Source: Citrobacter sp. Marseille-Q6884 (GTDB lineage: Bacteria; Pseudomonadota; Gammaproteobacteria; Enterobacterales; Enterobacteriaceae). Taken from it: DNA of 32,000 nucleotides. This document shows, piece by piece, positions 1 through 11,937 of the stretch. Every line of letters begins with the position of its first letter. Position 1 is the stretch's first letter. The DNA lies in the NCBI RefSeq assembly GCF_945906775.1, contig NZ_CAMDRE010000002.1, positions 741,513 through 773,512 of the forward strand, given 5' to 3'. The notes below the pieces were generated by a model. That model saw only the letters and a list, made by a program, of their open reading frames with translations. It searched no databases and was not told the origin of the DNA. Both the position numbers and the translations under genes were made by a program.

Positions 1-12
1 GGAGTCAGTCAT
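1..12 (-). CDS. fliL: 5' end of fliL (flagellar basal-body-associated protein), runs off the window
   Basis: Reverse complement of 1-12 reads ATG ACT GAC TCC (MTDS), the N-terminus I recall for Salmonella FliL. It follows fliK on the same strand as in fliK-fliL synteny. Only 4 codons are visible. Confidence 0.4.
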
Positions 13-116
13 CAGATACGGGCTTCCTGTTTCGGTACAGCTTATGGCCTGATTATCCCGTGTCCTGACCACAACAAAGCGTGGAAAAGACGCGGATAAT
101 CATGCTACCTCTGGCG

Positions 117-1331
117 TTAGGCGAAGATGTCTACCGCGCCATCACCGCGTGCCGCAGCGTGCAATGAGGCCGGTGTTGCCATCACGGCGTCATCTTCAGC
201 GGCAAAAATATCGTGTCCCTGACTACGGCCAGTCTGTTGTTGTTGCGCAGAAGACTGCTGTTGACCCGCGAAACTTTCGCTGCTGATGCTGCTTTGCCCC
301 AACTGAATCCCACTTTCAGCCAACTGAGTGCGCAGCATCGGTAACGCGGCTTCCAACGCGGCACGAACGTGGCTGTGCGGCGACACCATTTGTAACTGCG
401 CCAGGTTGTCATCCAGTTTGAGTGAAATCTGTACCTGACCCAGATCCTGCGGATGCAGTCGCAGTTCAGCACTTTGCTGACCCTGACGCGTGAATAAGGT
501 GACGTGCTGGCTCAGCGATTGCTGCCATTCATGGCTTCCCAGCGGCGCGCTCAACACGGGAGCGGCTGTCGGCAGAGGCTGTGCGTGTGGCGAACTGCCA
601 GCCAGCGGAGCGACTGCGATACCCGCAGTGGTAGGGGAAGGGGTGCTTTCAATCTCACTTCTGGCCGCAGCGGCCGCTGTCAACGGGGTGATTGTTGGAT
701 TGCCGGACGGATCTGCGCTACTGGTGTGCAGTGCAGCCTCGGTTTTGCCTTTTTTCACATCGCCTGGCGCGAGTTCGACGGCATTATCCGCAGCACCGCC
801 GTGCGCCGTACCGCGTAAAAGCGCGGTCAATGCGCTATCCGCCGGTGCTGATGGGGTTTCTGCAACAGGTGTCACGATCTGCTGTCCTGGCAGCATGGCA
901 AACAGCGCGCTCAGGCTGGCGAGATCCTCGTCGCTCAGAGTGGTGGTGTTTTCATCCTGTTGGGCGGTTTTGCCCAATGCTGTCAGCGCATTAAGCTTCG
1001 TCGATGGCGTCAGTGTTGACAGCAGTTGCTGTGCATCCGTCAGATCGGTCAGTGAGGCATCTGTCTGTGCCGCTTTTTGTGTCAGAAGGTCGGCTAATGT
1101 CGTGGCGTGTGCTGTATCGCCATTTTTTTGCAGCAACCCTTTTTGCAGTTTGCTGCCTGCCGCCTGTAAATCAGCCAGCGACAGCGGGGCATCTTTACTC
1201 TGAGCATCGCCCGCGCCTAATGCGCCAGCCAGTAGAGCCAAAAAATTCTCGGGTGAATCTACCGCTTTTCCTGACTGAAGACCTGCGGCTACGTCGGTGT
1301 CGGGGGTAATCAGTTGGGGCAAAGTAATCAT
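117..1331 (-). CDS. fliK: flagellar hook-length control protein FliK
   Basis: 404-aa ORF. The N-terminus MITLPQLIT... and the C-terminal block [11 protein letters not shown]...[50 protein letters not shown] match Salmonella FliK as I recall it. Its start overlaps the fliJ stop by 4 nt. Confidence 0.93.
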   Translation of the reverse strand: MITLPQLITPDTDVAAGLQSGKAVDSPENFLALLAGALGAGDAQSKDAPLSLADLQAAGSKLQKGLLQKNGDTAHATTLADLLTQKAAQTDASLTDLTDAQQLLSTLTPSTKLNALTALGKTAQQDENTTTLSDEDLASLSALFAMLPGQQIVTPVAETPSAPADSALTALLRGTAHGGAADNAVELAPGDVKKGKTEAALHTSSADPSGNPTITPLTAAAAARSEIESTPSPTTAGIAVAPLAGSSPHAQPLPTAAPVLSAPLGSHEWQQSLSQHVTLFTRQGQQSAELRLHPQDLGQVQISLKLDDNLAQLQMVSPHSHVRAALEAALPMLRTQLAESGIQLGQSSISSESFAGQQQSSAQQQQTGRSQGHDIFAAEDDAVMATPASLHAAARGDGAVDIFA

Positions 1332-1771
1332 TCGGGTTTCCTCATAGCTGCGCGCTGAGCAAATTCATCCATTTTCTTCTGATCCAGGCGGTTTTCAGCC
1401 AGTAAAGCCGCCGTCGTTTGTCTGTCCTGCAGGGTCTGCCACGCCTGAAGCCGTTGCTTTTTATCGCGCCAGCTGCTCAGCGCCTGGTCAACTTTCTGCG
1501 TCCACTGGTTAAGCTGTTGGCGGTGCTGCTCAATGGCTTTTTCCAGCGTCTGAATAAATTGCTGGTAGTTAAGCCAGCGGTTACTGGTAATTCCCTGACC
1601 CATATCGCTGTTGAGATTGGTGCGGTACTCATGCTGATAGTCGATCAGCATCTTTAACTGTTCTTCTGCCTGCTGACAGCCACGACGCATTTCTCCCAAC
1701 AGAATCGCGGCGTCATCGACCTCTTTTTCCGCCAGATCTTTCAGTGTGGCCAGCGCACCATGTTGTGCCAT
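1328..1771 (-). CDS. fliJ: flagellar export chaperone/stalk protein FliJ
   Basis: 147-aa [24 protein letters not shown]...[10 protein letters not shown], near-identical to Salmonella FliJ from memory. It lies between fliI and fliK. Confidence 0.93.
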   Translation of the reverse strand: MAQHGALATLKDLAEKEVDDAAILLGEMRRGCQQAEEQLKMLIDYQHEYRTNLNSDMGQGITSNRWLNYQQFIQTLEKAIEQHRQQLNQWTQKVDQALSSWRDKKQRLQAWQTLQDRQTTAALLAENRLDQKKMDEFAQRAAMRKPE

Positions 1772-1792
1772 GACTTATGCTCTCCTGCTTTA

Positions 1793-3162
1793 TCACGCCC
1801 CAGGGAAAATCAGCTCCAACGCCTGCAGAGAGTCTTCCCAGTCAGCGCGCTCAAAGATGCCTTGCTGCAAAAAGGCTTCCAGTTGCGGCCACAACGCGAT
1901 GGCTTTATCCAGCATCGGGTCACTGCCTTTGGCATATGCTCCCACGCTGACTAAGTCACGGTTACGCTGGAAACTGGACAGCAGCTGTTTAAAATTACGC
2001 ACCCGCGTGTAGTGCTTTTCACTGATAAGCGACGTCATTGCGCGGCTGATGGATGCTTCAATATCAATGGCCGGATAGTGGCCAGCTTCGGCGAGATGAC
2101 GTGACAGCACGATGTGTCCGTCCAGAATCGCACGGGCAGAGTCCGCGATCGGATCCTGCTGATCATCACCCTCGGTCAGTACGGTATAAAACGCGGTCAC
2201 TGACCCGCCGCCATGAATCCCGTTCCCGGCGCGTTCGACCAGCGCGGGTAATTTGGCAAACACTGACGGTGGATAACCTTTGGTTGCAGGCGGTTCACCG
2301 ATAGCGAGAGCAATTTCGCGCTGTGCCATCGCGTAGCGGGTGAGGGAATCCATAATCAACAGGACGTGTTGCCCGCGATCGCGAAAATCTTCGGCAATGC
2401 GTGTGGCATAGGCCGCTCCCTGCATACGTAACAGCGGTGAGACATCAGCCGGAGCGGCAATCACCACGGAACGTGCGCGACCCTCGGTGCCGAGAATGTT
2501 TTCGATAAAGTCTTTCACTTCACGACCACGTTCGCCGATCAGTCCGACGACGATGACATCGGCCTGGGTGTAACGCGCCATCATGCCGAGCAGGACGCTT
2601 TTACCGACGCCTGAACCGGCGAAAAGCCCCATACGCTGGCCACGACCAACGGTGAGCAGCGCATTGATCGGGCGTACCCCGGTATCCAGCACGTGCTCAA
2701 TGGCGGTTCGTTGCAAGGGGTTAAACGGCGGCGTAATTAACGCCCCGGTTTCGGTGGTATCGGGGGCGGGCAGACCGTCGAGCGGTTTACCGCTGCCGTC
2801 GAGCACGCGTCCAAGCAGGGCCGGACCCAGCGGTAATTGTTTCCCGCTTTGCAGACCTTCTCCGGCCATGTTTTTGGCGTAAACGCGCGCGCCGGGCAGC
2901 ACGCCTTCAACTTCTTCGAGCGGCATCAGAAACAGGCGTTGACCGTTAAAGCCCACCACTTCACTTTCGACTTCCTGGGTTTCGTTACCTTCCTGGCGTT
3001 CAATCACGCAGGTTGCGCCCAACGGCAGTTGTAAGCCGGTCGCTTCCAGTACCAGCCCCGTTGCGCGGGTCAGGCGTCCGTAGCGGCGGACTGACGGAAG
3101 CAGCGACATTTTCTCTTCGAAGTTATCCAGCGTGTTGAGCCAGCGAGTCAGGCGAGTGGTCA

Positions 3163-3163
<1 letters not shown>
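1793..3163 (-). CDS. fliI: flagellum-specific ATPase FliI
   Basis: 456-aa ORF with Walker A GSGVGKS and an LLIMDSLTR Walker-B region. It resembles F1-beta/T3SS ATPases and is very close to Salmonella FliI. Confidence 0.97.
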
Positions 3164-6530
<3,367 letters not shown>

Positions 6531-6746
6531 CTCGCACCTCGTGGATTATCGTGGACGGCGTTTTTTGCAAAGTGGAACAAGACTCACTCCCGGGTCAGCA
6601 AACTCGAAAAATTGACGGTCTCATTATTTGCGGTTTCAAATTTTTCTATGCGCCAAAAACCGAGGTTTTTTATCGTTATTTAACGCCTTTATCCTATTGA
6701 CGAACTGGTAATCTCAGCTACGTAAAAAAACATCCAGGGGATCAGA
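6531..6746. promoter_or_regulatory. divergent fliF / fliE class-2 flagellar promoter region
   Basis: A 216-bp AT-rich intergenic region lies between divergent fliF and fliE. In enterobacteria this region carries FlhD4C2-dependent class-2 promoters. I did not map individual boxes. Confidence 0.5.
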
Positions 6747-7061
6747 ATGTCGGCAATACAGGGGATTGAAGGGGTCATCAGCCAGCTACAGGCCACGGCG
6801 ATGTCCGCAAAAATGCAGGATGTACAGCCACAATCGACCGTGAGTTTCGCCGGTCAACTGCATGCGGCGTTGGACAGAATCAGCGATACGCAGACGGCTT
6901 CTCGCGTTCAGTCAGAAAAATTTGCGTTGGGTGAACCGGGTATTGCGCTAAACGATGTGATGACCGATATGCAAAAAGCATCTGTCTCAATGCAGATGGG
7001 CATTCAGGTGCGTAACAAACTGGTGTCGGCGTACCAGGAAGTGATGTCGATGCAGGTGTAG
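6747..7061 (+). CDS. fliE: flagellar hook-basal body protein FliE
   Basis: 104-aa [21 protein letters not shown]...[10 protein letters not shown], divergent from fliF. Confidence 0.95.
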   Translation: MSAIQGIEGVISQLQATAMSAKMQDVQPQSTVSFAGQLHAALDRISDTQTASRVQSEKFALGEPGIALNDVMTDMQKASVSMQMGIQVRNKLVSAYQEVMSMQV

Positions 7062-7087
7062 GTTCACTAACCTAATGATATTTATAG

Positions 7088-8383
7088 TTAATACCCATCC
7101 GATCCTACTGCGTGGGGCATGGATGGGGCAAACTCACTCAATTTCTGGTTGAGTATGAGTACCTGGTCATGATTGTTTTCCGCCATCCAGGATCCGTAAA
7201 CCCTGTAAACCATTTGTGCATCGGTGTGTCCCATTTGCTTCGCGATGAAGTTAGGGTTGGCACCGGCAGCTAACGACCAGCATGCGTAAGTATGTCGTGA
7301 TTGGTATGCTCTGCGATAACGAACTCCGGTGCGTCTCATTGCCGCCTCCCACGACTGGTTGATCGATCCCACTGCGTAATGATGCCCTGCACGGCCATTG
7401 CGCGATACTATTTGTGGGTTGAAAACGAATGTGCATGGATGCACATCAGCACGACCATATTCACGCAGTTTCACCTCAACCTGATATTGCTTTCCTAACC
7501 TGGTCATTTCAGCCTGGTTCTTCAGCACATCGATGGCTGGCTGAATTAGGTTTATGATACGGTCCGTTCCGGCCTCAGTTTTTGGAAGGGTGAACTCCTT
7601 CGTTAAAGTGTGGTTGCGACGGATCATCATCGTTCCTGCTTTCAGATCGATATCTTCCCATGCCAGCGATACCAGTTCCCCATGCCTAACCCCCGTGTAC
7701 ACTGCCAGCGACCACATGTTTTTCAGTTGTTGATGAGTACATGCGTTAATGAGTCTGACGAACTCCTCTCGTGTGAGTGGATCTGGTTCAGTACGTGACC
7801 GTTTAAGCATGGAAATACCGCTAAACGGATTTGCCTTAACATAACCACTGTCCGCAGCGAAGTTAAACATTCCTGACATCGTTCTCATGTAGTTGTTGAC
7901 CGTTCTGACAGACCGACCTTTTATCGGCGTTTTCTGTCCTGTCTTCAATACGTGATAACCGGTTAATAACTCCTTCCTGATAAACAGCAGGTCTTCCTGC
8001 GTCACAGCAGATACCAACTTATCGCCACCAATTCTCGGCACCATGTTGCGCGTTATTGATGAATAGCGCGACATCGCATTGGTGCTGATCTCCATACGCT
8101 TCAGTTCAAGCCACTTATTCGCCAGCTCAAGCACGGTGATCTCCTTGCTCTCCACCCCAAACTTTCTCAGGTTCGGTGAGTCCGGGAACTGAGCGGCATA
8201 GTTGAAGTTTCCGGTCTTAATCGCGAAGCACACCGACGCGCGCAGCTCGCCAGCGATCTTTCTGTTTTTTGGTGTATCCGGCACGCCGAGGCTTTCACGC
8301 ACCCGGCTGCCTTTATAGATGAACCATATGCGGAGCGTTCCGCCGTGGTTCTCCACGCCTGTTGGGTATGCTGACTTAGCCAT
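7088..8383 (-). CDS. int: tyrosine integrase
   Basis: 431-aa ORF with a strong SD (AGGAGGG). The catalytic-domain signatures are ...YTGVRHGELVSLAWEDIDL (Arg), QSRHTYACW (H-x-x-R) and MGHTDAQMVYRVYGSW (His, Tyr). It sits next to xis at the prophage edge. Confidence 0.93.
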   Translation of the reverse strand: MAKSAYPTGVENHGGTLRIWFIYKGSRVRESLGVPDTPKNRKIAGELRASVCFAIKTGNFNYAAQFPDSPNLRKFGVESKEITVLELANKWLELKRMEISTNAMSRYSSITRNMVPRIGGDKLVSAVTQEDLLFIRKELLTGYHVLKTGQKTPIKGRSVRTVNNYMRTMSGMFNFAADSGYVKANPFSGISMLKRSRTEPDPLTREEFVRLINACTHQQLKNMWSLAVYTGVRHGELVSLAWEDIDLKAGTMMIRRNHTLTKEFTLPKTEAGTDRIINLIQPAIDVLKNQAEMTRLGKQYQVEVKLREYGRADVHPCTFVFNPQIVSRNGRAGHHYAVGSINQSWEAAMRRTGVRYRRAYQSRHTYACWSLAAGANPNFIAKQMGHTDAQMVYRVYGSWMAENNHDQVLILNQKLSEFAPSMPHAVGSDGY

Positions 8384-8428
8384 TATTCCCTCCTGACGTC
8401 CAAGAGCCTGCTAAGCATAAACGGATCT

Positions 8429-8674
8429 TCATTGGCGCGCACCAGGCTGTTTCTTTGACATGCTCTCAACCCACTGGTCGACAGCCTTTCTGTTGTACAT
8501 GCATTCGCTGTTCTTCTTCGGCACACCGTCCGGGGAAACGTGAAGATATTCCCGTCCGATCATCCAGCAATTTTTGCGGGCCCGCTCGATAGTGCCCGGG
8601 CGAAGGCCGGTAATCTCGACGAGCTTTTCTTCGGTTACCCAGTCGTTAGGTACGATTAAGGTCATTTCGCTCAT
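8429..8674 (-). CDS. xis: excisionase-like DNA-binding protein
   Basis: 81-aa ORF immediately upstream of int with a GGAG SD. A winged-helix-like segment (ITGLRPGTIERARKNCWMIGREYLHVSPDG) resembles lambda-type Xis proteins. Confidence 0.75.
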   Translation of the reverse strand: MSEMTLIVPNDWVTEEKLVEITGLRPGTIERARKNCWMIGREYLHVSPDGVPKKNSECMYNRKAVDQWVESMSKKQPGARQ

Positions 8675-8687
8675 GCTTTTCTCCAGG

Positions 8688-8715
8688 TAAAAAGAATGCC
8701 CTCACAATGGAGGGC
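8688..8715 (-). terminator. intrinsic terminator-like hairpin upstream of xis
   Basis: The minus strand reads GCCCTC-CATTGT-GAGGGC followed by ATTCTTTTTAC, located just before the xis SD. Confidence 0.5.
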
Positions 8716-8781
8716 AAATGGTGGATAACGTGGCAGTGCATTCGCACCCAATAGCCAGCTCATAACTGGCTATCAGTTGCG

Positions 8782-9012
8782 TCAATTTCCGGTACTTCCG
8801 AGCAAGAGAGTTGCGTTTCCTTCTTTGTCCCGGTAGACCTCGAAATACTCAGTCCATTTATTCTCATTCGTGCCTGGTTGTGGCGTAAAATCTCTGACCT
8901 CAATATTCCCTCCCTGGTCGTAGTGGGTTGTACCGCTCTCGTGATAGATGACCTGAACGACGGCATCCTGCGGCATCGTCTTCAGCCATTCTATAAACGC
9001 CTGTACGTCCAT
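8782..9012 (-). CDS. hypothetical protein (76 aa)
   Basis: ORF with a strong SD (GAGGAGA) 4 nt upstream of the ATG, within the co-directional early-left operon. Confidence 0.6.
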   Translation of the reverse strand: MDVQAFIEWLKTMPQDAVVQVIYHESGTTHYDQGGNIEVRDFTPQPGTNENKWTEYFEVYRDKEGNATLLLGSTGN

Positions 9013-9223
9013 AATCTCTCCTCATGCCGCCCGCATAGCGCGGAGGCGTTTTAAGTGTTCTGCTGTTTCAAGTTCGGCTCGTATCTGTGCCGCCTCGTGT
9101 GGGTCGAGGTGCTCGAAGTCGTTATTAAATCGGTCGATTGAAGCGGTGTTGATCCGCCCCTGTCGCCAGTAGCGGACTATTTAGGATGTGCAACTGTGGA
9201 TGATGACTGGCCAGTTATGCTGG

Positions 9224-9607
9224 TCAGCGTATATCTGACCCCGTTGAATTAGCTGGAAAATTGAGTAACTCCTGCATCATGAGGAAGACAATCATTGCGG
9301 CGCGGAGTGGGTTAGTGTCATAGTATGATTTCGTGGTCGCGTTATTGAGCGCGTAAGATTTCCATTCGCTATTCTTCCATTCATGCCATTCGATATTAAT
9401 TTTGCGTTCAACGATAATCGGCCATGCGTCCGCCGGGTTGTTGCAGTAGTCAGGGATATCTATTTGGTTCCATCCATCACCTGATGGGCCGCAATCGTAA
9501 AAGCATGAATTATCTGCACTCAGGCACATATGTTCGATGTCTGGGCTGAATACCGCTAACACCACGCAGTTAATCTCAAAGTCACTCATCTTGCTGTAAT
9601 CCATCAC
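9224..9607 (-). CDS. DUF2591 / NinX-like phage protein
   Basis: 127-aa ORF. Its GTG/ATG start overlaps the stop of the upstream gene (GTGA). The pattern YCNNPADAWPIIVE...I...YDTNPLRAAMIVFLMMQ resembles the DUF2591 family as I recall it. Confidence 0.6.
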   Translation of the reverse strand: MMDYSKMSDFEINCVVLAVFSPDIEHMCLSADNSCFYDCGPSGDGWNQIDIPDYCNNPADAWPIIVERKINIEWHEWKNSEWKSYALNNATTKSYYDTNPLRAAMIVFLMMQELLNFPANSTGSDIR

Positions 9608-9825
9608 ATCCTCCCAATCTTCTTACGCAATTCCATATCGCTCTGGCATCCGACGCACATCGTGCATCCCGGATACGCTTTCCGGCGCGCATCCAGTAAC
9701 TTGTCGCCGCATTCCTCACAGTGCGTTGCTGATACTGCTGAGTGGTTGAGTCTGTGAGCCTGAATAGCGTTTTCGCGCATCATCTCTTCGAGAGCGCTGG
9801 CTTGGTCGATGATTTCAGATGTCAT
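9604..9825 (-). CDS. TraR/DksA-family C4 zinc-finger protein
   Basis: 73-aa ORF with CEECGDKL...(17)...CVGCQ four-Cys spacing typical of phage TraR-like proteins. ATGA overlap with the upstream gene. Confidence 0.75.
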   Translation of the reverse strand: MTSEIIDQASALEEMMRENAIQAHRLNHSAVSATHCEECGDKLLDARRKAYPGCTMCVGCQSDMELRKKIGRM

Positions 9826-10310
9826 GATTCGGAACCTTTTATAAAGATAATCCAGTGAGTTTTGTCGCTCTTACCGGTGCGCTGACCGATGATTGGCTTA
9901 ACGTCAGTCAAAGCTAAAATCTGGCTGACAGGTATCTGAGTTTCATTCCATTTGAAGATGAGAACGCCTTGTGGCCATAGCACCCTGAATGCTTCAGCGA
10001 AACCGGCGCGAATGTCGTCACGCCACGTTTCTTTGTTGAGCCGCCCGTACTTTTTCCCCATCCACGCGTTATCGCCGACACGTTCTAGGTGCGGCGGATC
10101 GAACACGACGACAGGAAAAGTGTTATCGGCAAAGGGTAGGGCGCGGAAATCAGCTATAAGGTCCGGGCTGATAACCAACTGGCGACCGTCACAAAGCACG
10201 TGTTCTTCTGCGCGAATATCGCTAAACACTGCTCTTTCGTCCTGCTTGTCGAACCAGAACATGCGAGAGCCGCAGCACATATCCAGAATTGAAACTTCGC
10301 TCATAATCAC
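9822..10310 (-). CDS. small SAM-dependent methyltransferase, probably DNA N6-adenine or N4-cytosine
   Basis: 162-aa ORF with a motif-I-like ILDMCCGS and a motif-IV-like FDPPH ((D/N/S)PP(Y/F/H) type). Confidence 0.65.
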   Translation of the reverse strand: MIMSEVSILDMCCGSRMFWFDKQDERAVFSDIRAEEHVLCDGRQLVISPDLIADFRALPFADNTFPVVVFDPPHLERVGDNAWMGKKYGRLNKETWRDDIRAGFAEAFRVLWPQGVLIFKWNETQIPVSQILALTDVKPIIGQRTGKSDKTHWIIFIKGSES

Positions 10311-10356
10311 TGCTCCCTAAACTGTCGGTTAATTCGGTTGAAGGTGAACGCCAGCA

Positions 10357-10381
10357 ATAAAAAAGGCCGACATAGCGACCT
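10357..10381 (-). terminator. intrinsic terminator after the C5-methyltransferase gene
   Basis: The minus strand reads AGGTCG-CTATG-TCGGCC(T) followed by TTTTTTATT. Confidence 0.55.
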
Positions 10382-10401
10382 TGTGATTCGTTTGGTTAGC
10401 G

Positions 10402-11157
10402 TCATGCTGCGTCCTCAATCTGGTTTAAGCAGGGAGAATGCTGCTGCAGCCACTCTTGGAACCTGTCCATTGCCAAGGGCTTTAATTCTGTCCACCCCGA
10501 AGGCCACATCATCAGCCACTCTGCGTAGTTTGGGCAGATGTTCAGGCCAGGCGTTTCCTCCCCGCCATCCTGCAAATGCTTCCATGCTAACCAGTCCTCC
10601 AGGTTGTGACGGTGCTCCCCGGTTCTCGCTCTGCACCATGCTATCCCATGACTTCCCATGCTTGCCCTTGGTGTAGGCTGCAATCCAGATACGGTCACGT
10701 CGATGGGGCGCTCCAAGGTCTGATGCTGATAAACAACACCATTCCGAATCAAACCCCATTTTGGCAAGGTCACTAATGACCATTGCAAGTCCTCTTCCCA
10801 CAAGCAAAGGTGAGTTTTCCACGAATGCGAATCTAGGTCGTACCTCACCGATGATTCTTGCCATTTGCCTCCAAAGTCCAGATCGACTTCCGTCGATTCC
10901 TGCTCCTTTTCCTGCTCCTGATATGTCCTGGCATGGAAACCCGCCAGAAACGACATCAACAATTCCCCGCCACGGTTTTCCGTCAAAGCTACACACGTCA
11001 GACCAAATCGGGAAAGGTCGGAAAATTCCATCGTTTTGTCGTTGCGCGAGAACTTGTGCGGCGTAGGCATCACGTTCAACTGCGCAGACTGTTCGCCACC
11101 CAAGGAGGTGTCCACCGAGTACTCCTCCACCAGCGCCTGCGAAAAGAGCCAACTCAT
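10402..11157 (-). CDS. alternative-frame ORF (+1 relative to the C5-MTase) spanning the whole methyltransferase gene; coding status unverified
   Basis: 251 codons without a stop. The ATG directly abuts the upstream TGA (TGAATG) and lies 8 nt after the shared GGAGG. Contains LQPTPRAS and NYAEWLMMWPSGWTELKPL. See findings. Confidence 0.3.
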   Translation of the reverse strand: MSWLFSQALVEEYSVDTSLGGEQSAQLNVMPTPHKFSRNDKTMEFSDLSRFGLTCVALTENRGGELLMSFLAGFHARTYQEQEKEQESTEVDLDFGGKWQESSVRYDLDSHSWKTHLCLWEEDLQWSLVTLPKWGLIRNGVVYQHQTLERPIDVTVSGLQPTPRASMGSHGIAWCRARTGEHRHNLEDWLAWKHLQDGGEETPGLNICPNYAEWLMMWPSGWTELKPLAMDRFQEWLQQHSPCLNQIEDAA

Positions 11158-11161
11158 TCAC
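10415..11161 (-). CDS. DNA (cytosine-5) methyltransferase, short orphan phage type
   Basis: 248-aa ORF with a GTG start overlapping the upstream stop (GTGA). C5-MTase motifs: I LFAGAGGG, IV GGFPCQDIS, VI FVENSP, VIII APHRRDRIWI, X LGNGQVP. Confidence 0.9.
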   Translation of the reverse strand: MNELALFAGAGGGVLGGHLLGWRTVCAVERDAYAAQVLAQRQNDGIFRPFPIWSDVCSFDGKPWRGIVDVVSGGFPCQDISGAGKGAGIDGSRSGLWRQMARIIGEVRPRFAFVENSPLLVGRGLAMVISDLAKMGFDSEWCCLSASDLGAPHRRDRIWIAAYTKGKHGKSWDSMVQSENRGAPSQPGGLVSMEAFAGWRGGNAWPEHLPKLRRVADDVAFGVDRIKALGNGQVPRVAAAAFSLLKPD

Positions 11162-11616
11162 ATTTCCTCCCGTTCAGGACTTCTCGTATCCCATCCATTC
11201 CGCTCAATATTCACAGCCAGCCGCTTATCTCCGACCTCTTCGATACTCCTACCAGTAATCTCGGCTACTTCTGCGTTGGTGTATCGCATGAGTATTGCTA
11301 ACTCTTCAGTTGACCATTCACGCATAGTTAATCCTCCGGATCGGGCCAGCGCGTCACGCTTGCTTCTGACTGAGTAAATGGAGCGACCGGTTGCCTTGGC
11401 TATCTCTTCCTCTGAGAACCGACCAAATAGATGAAGCTCGGCTGCCGTCCATGGTCTGCCGGTCATCTTTCTGATAAGTGGTGCACCAATACGTGATGCC
11501 TGGCGAGTGATTGCCGCTTCGGAACGCTCAAGCTTTTCTGCTATTTCTGAGCGGGACATCTTCATCCCAACCTCGTGCAGAAACAGGTTTTCAAAGGGTT
11601 GCCAAAGTTCGCTCAT
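11158..11616 (-). CDS. protein with three Myb/SANT-like HTH repeats
   Basis: 152-aa ORF with three copies of the pattern W..(E)EL....(5-8)..EIA..TGRS...V..KR: SRSEIAEKLERSEAAITRQ, WTAAELHLF..EEEIAKATGRSIYSVRSKR and WSTEELAIL..NAEVAEITGRSIEEVGDKR. Confidence 0.6.
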   Translation of the reverse strand: MSELWQPFENLFLHEVGMKMSRSEIAEKLERSEAAITRQASRIGAPLIRKMTGRPWTAAELHLFGRFSEEEIAKATGRSIYSVRSKRDALARSGGLTMREWSTEELAILMRYTNAEVAEITGRSIEEVGDKRLAVNIERNGWDTRSPEREEM

Positions 11617-11894
11617 TGGTTCTCCTTAAGGCGATACACACAGCCGCCGATCGTTCCGTTTCCCCATTCCTCAGCGACCAGGTGTTGCTGTATCTGGTCC
11701 AGCGCCGGGCCCGAGATGAATCTTTGTTGCATCTCTAAGTTAGGTGCCCATCCCTCGTAATATGGCTCGTGGTAATTGAGGGTGATTCCTTCTGAGTGGC
11801 TTAGTGCGCCTGCTGAAGTTTTCCATCTATGGAACGCAGTGATATTGTTCCGCGCGTCCTTGCGCAGAATGCTGAGGATAGTTTCTGGAGTCAT
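11613..11894 (-). CDS. hypothetical protein (93 aa)
   Basis: ORF in the co-directional operon. Its stop overlaps the next start (ATGA). No clear SD. Confidence 0.5.
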   Translation of the reverse strand: MTPETILSILRKDARNNITAFHRWKTSAGALSHSEGITLNYHEPYYEGWAPNLEMQQRFISGPALDQIQQHLVAEEWGNGTIGGCVYRLKENQ

Positions 11895-11937
11895 ATCGAT
11901 AACGGCGATGCCGCCCGCTGTTAGATAGGAGAGGCGG

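Noticed and set aside
9013-9180. About 52-codon minus-strand reading frame (IVRYWRQGRINTASIDRFNNDFEHLDPHEAAQIRAELETAEHLKRLRAMRAA*). Its TGA overlaps the SD of the next gene.
   Set aside because: There is no ATG, GTG or TTG start after the upstream in-frame TAA. It may be the remnant of a gene inactivated by a nonsense mutation, but I cannot support it as a CDS.
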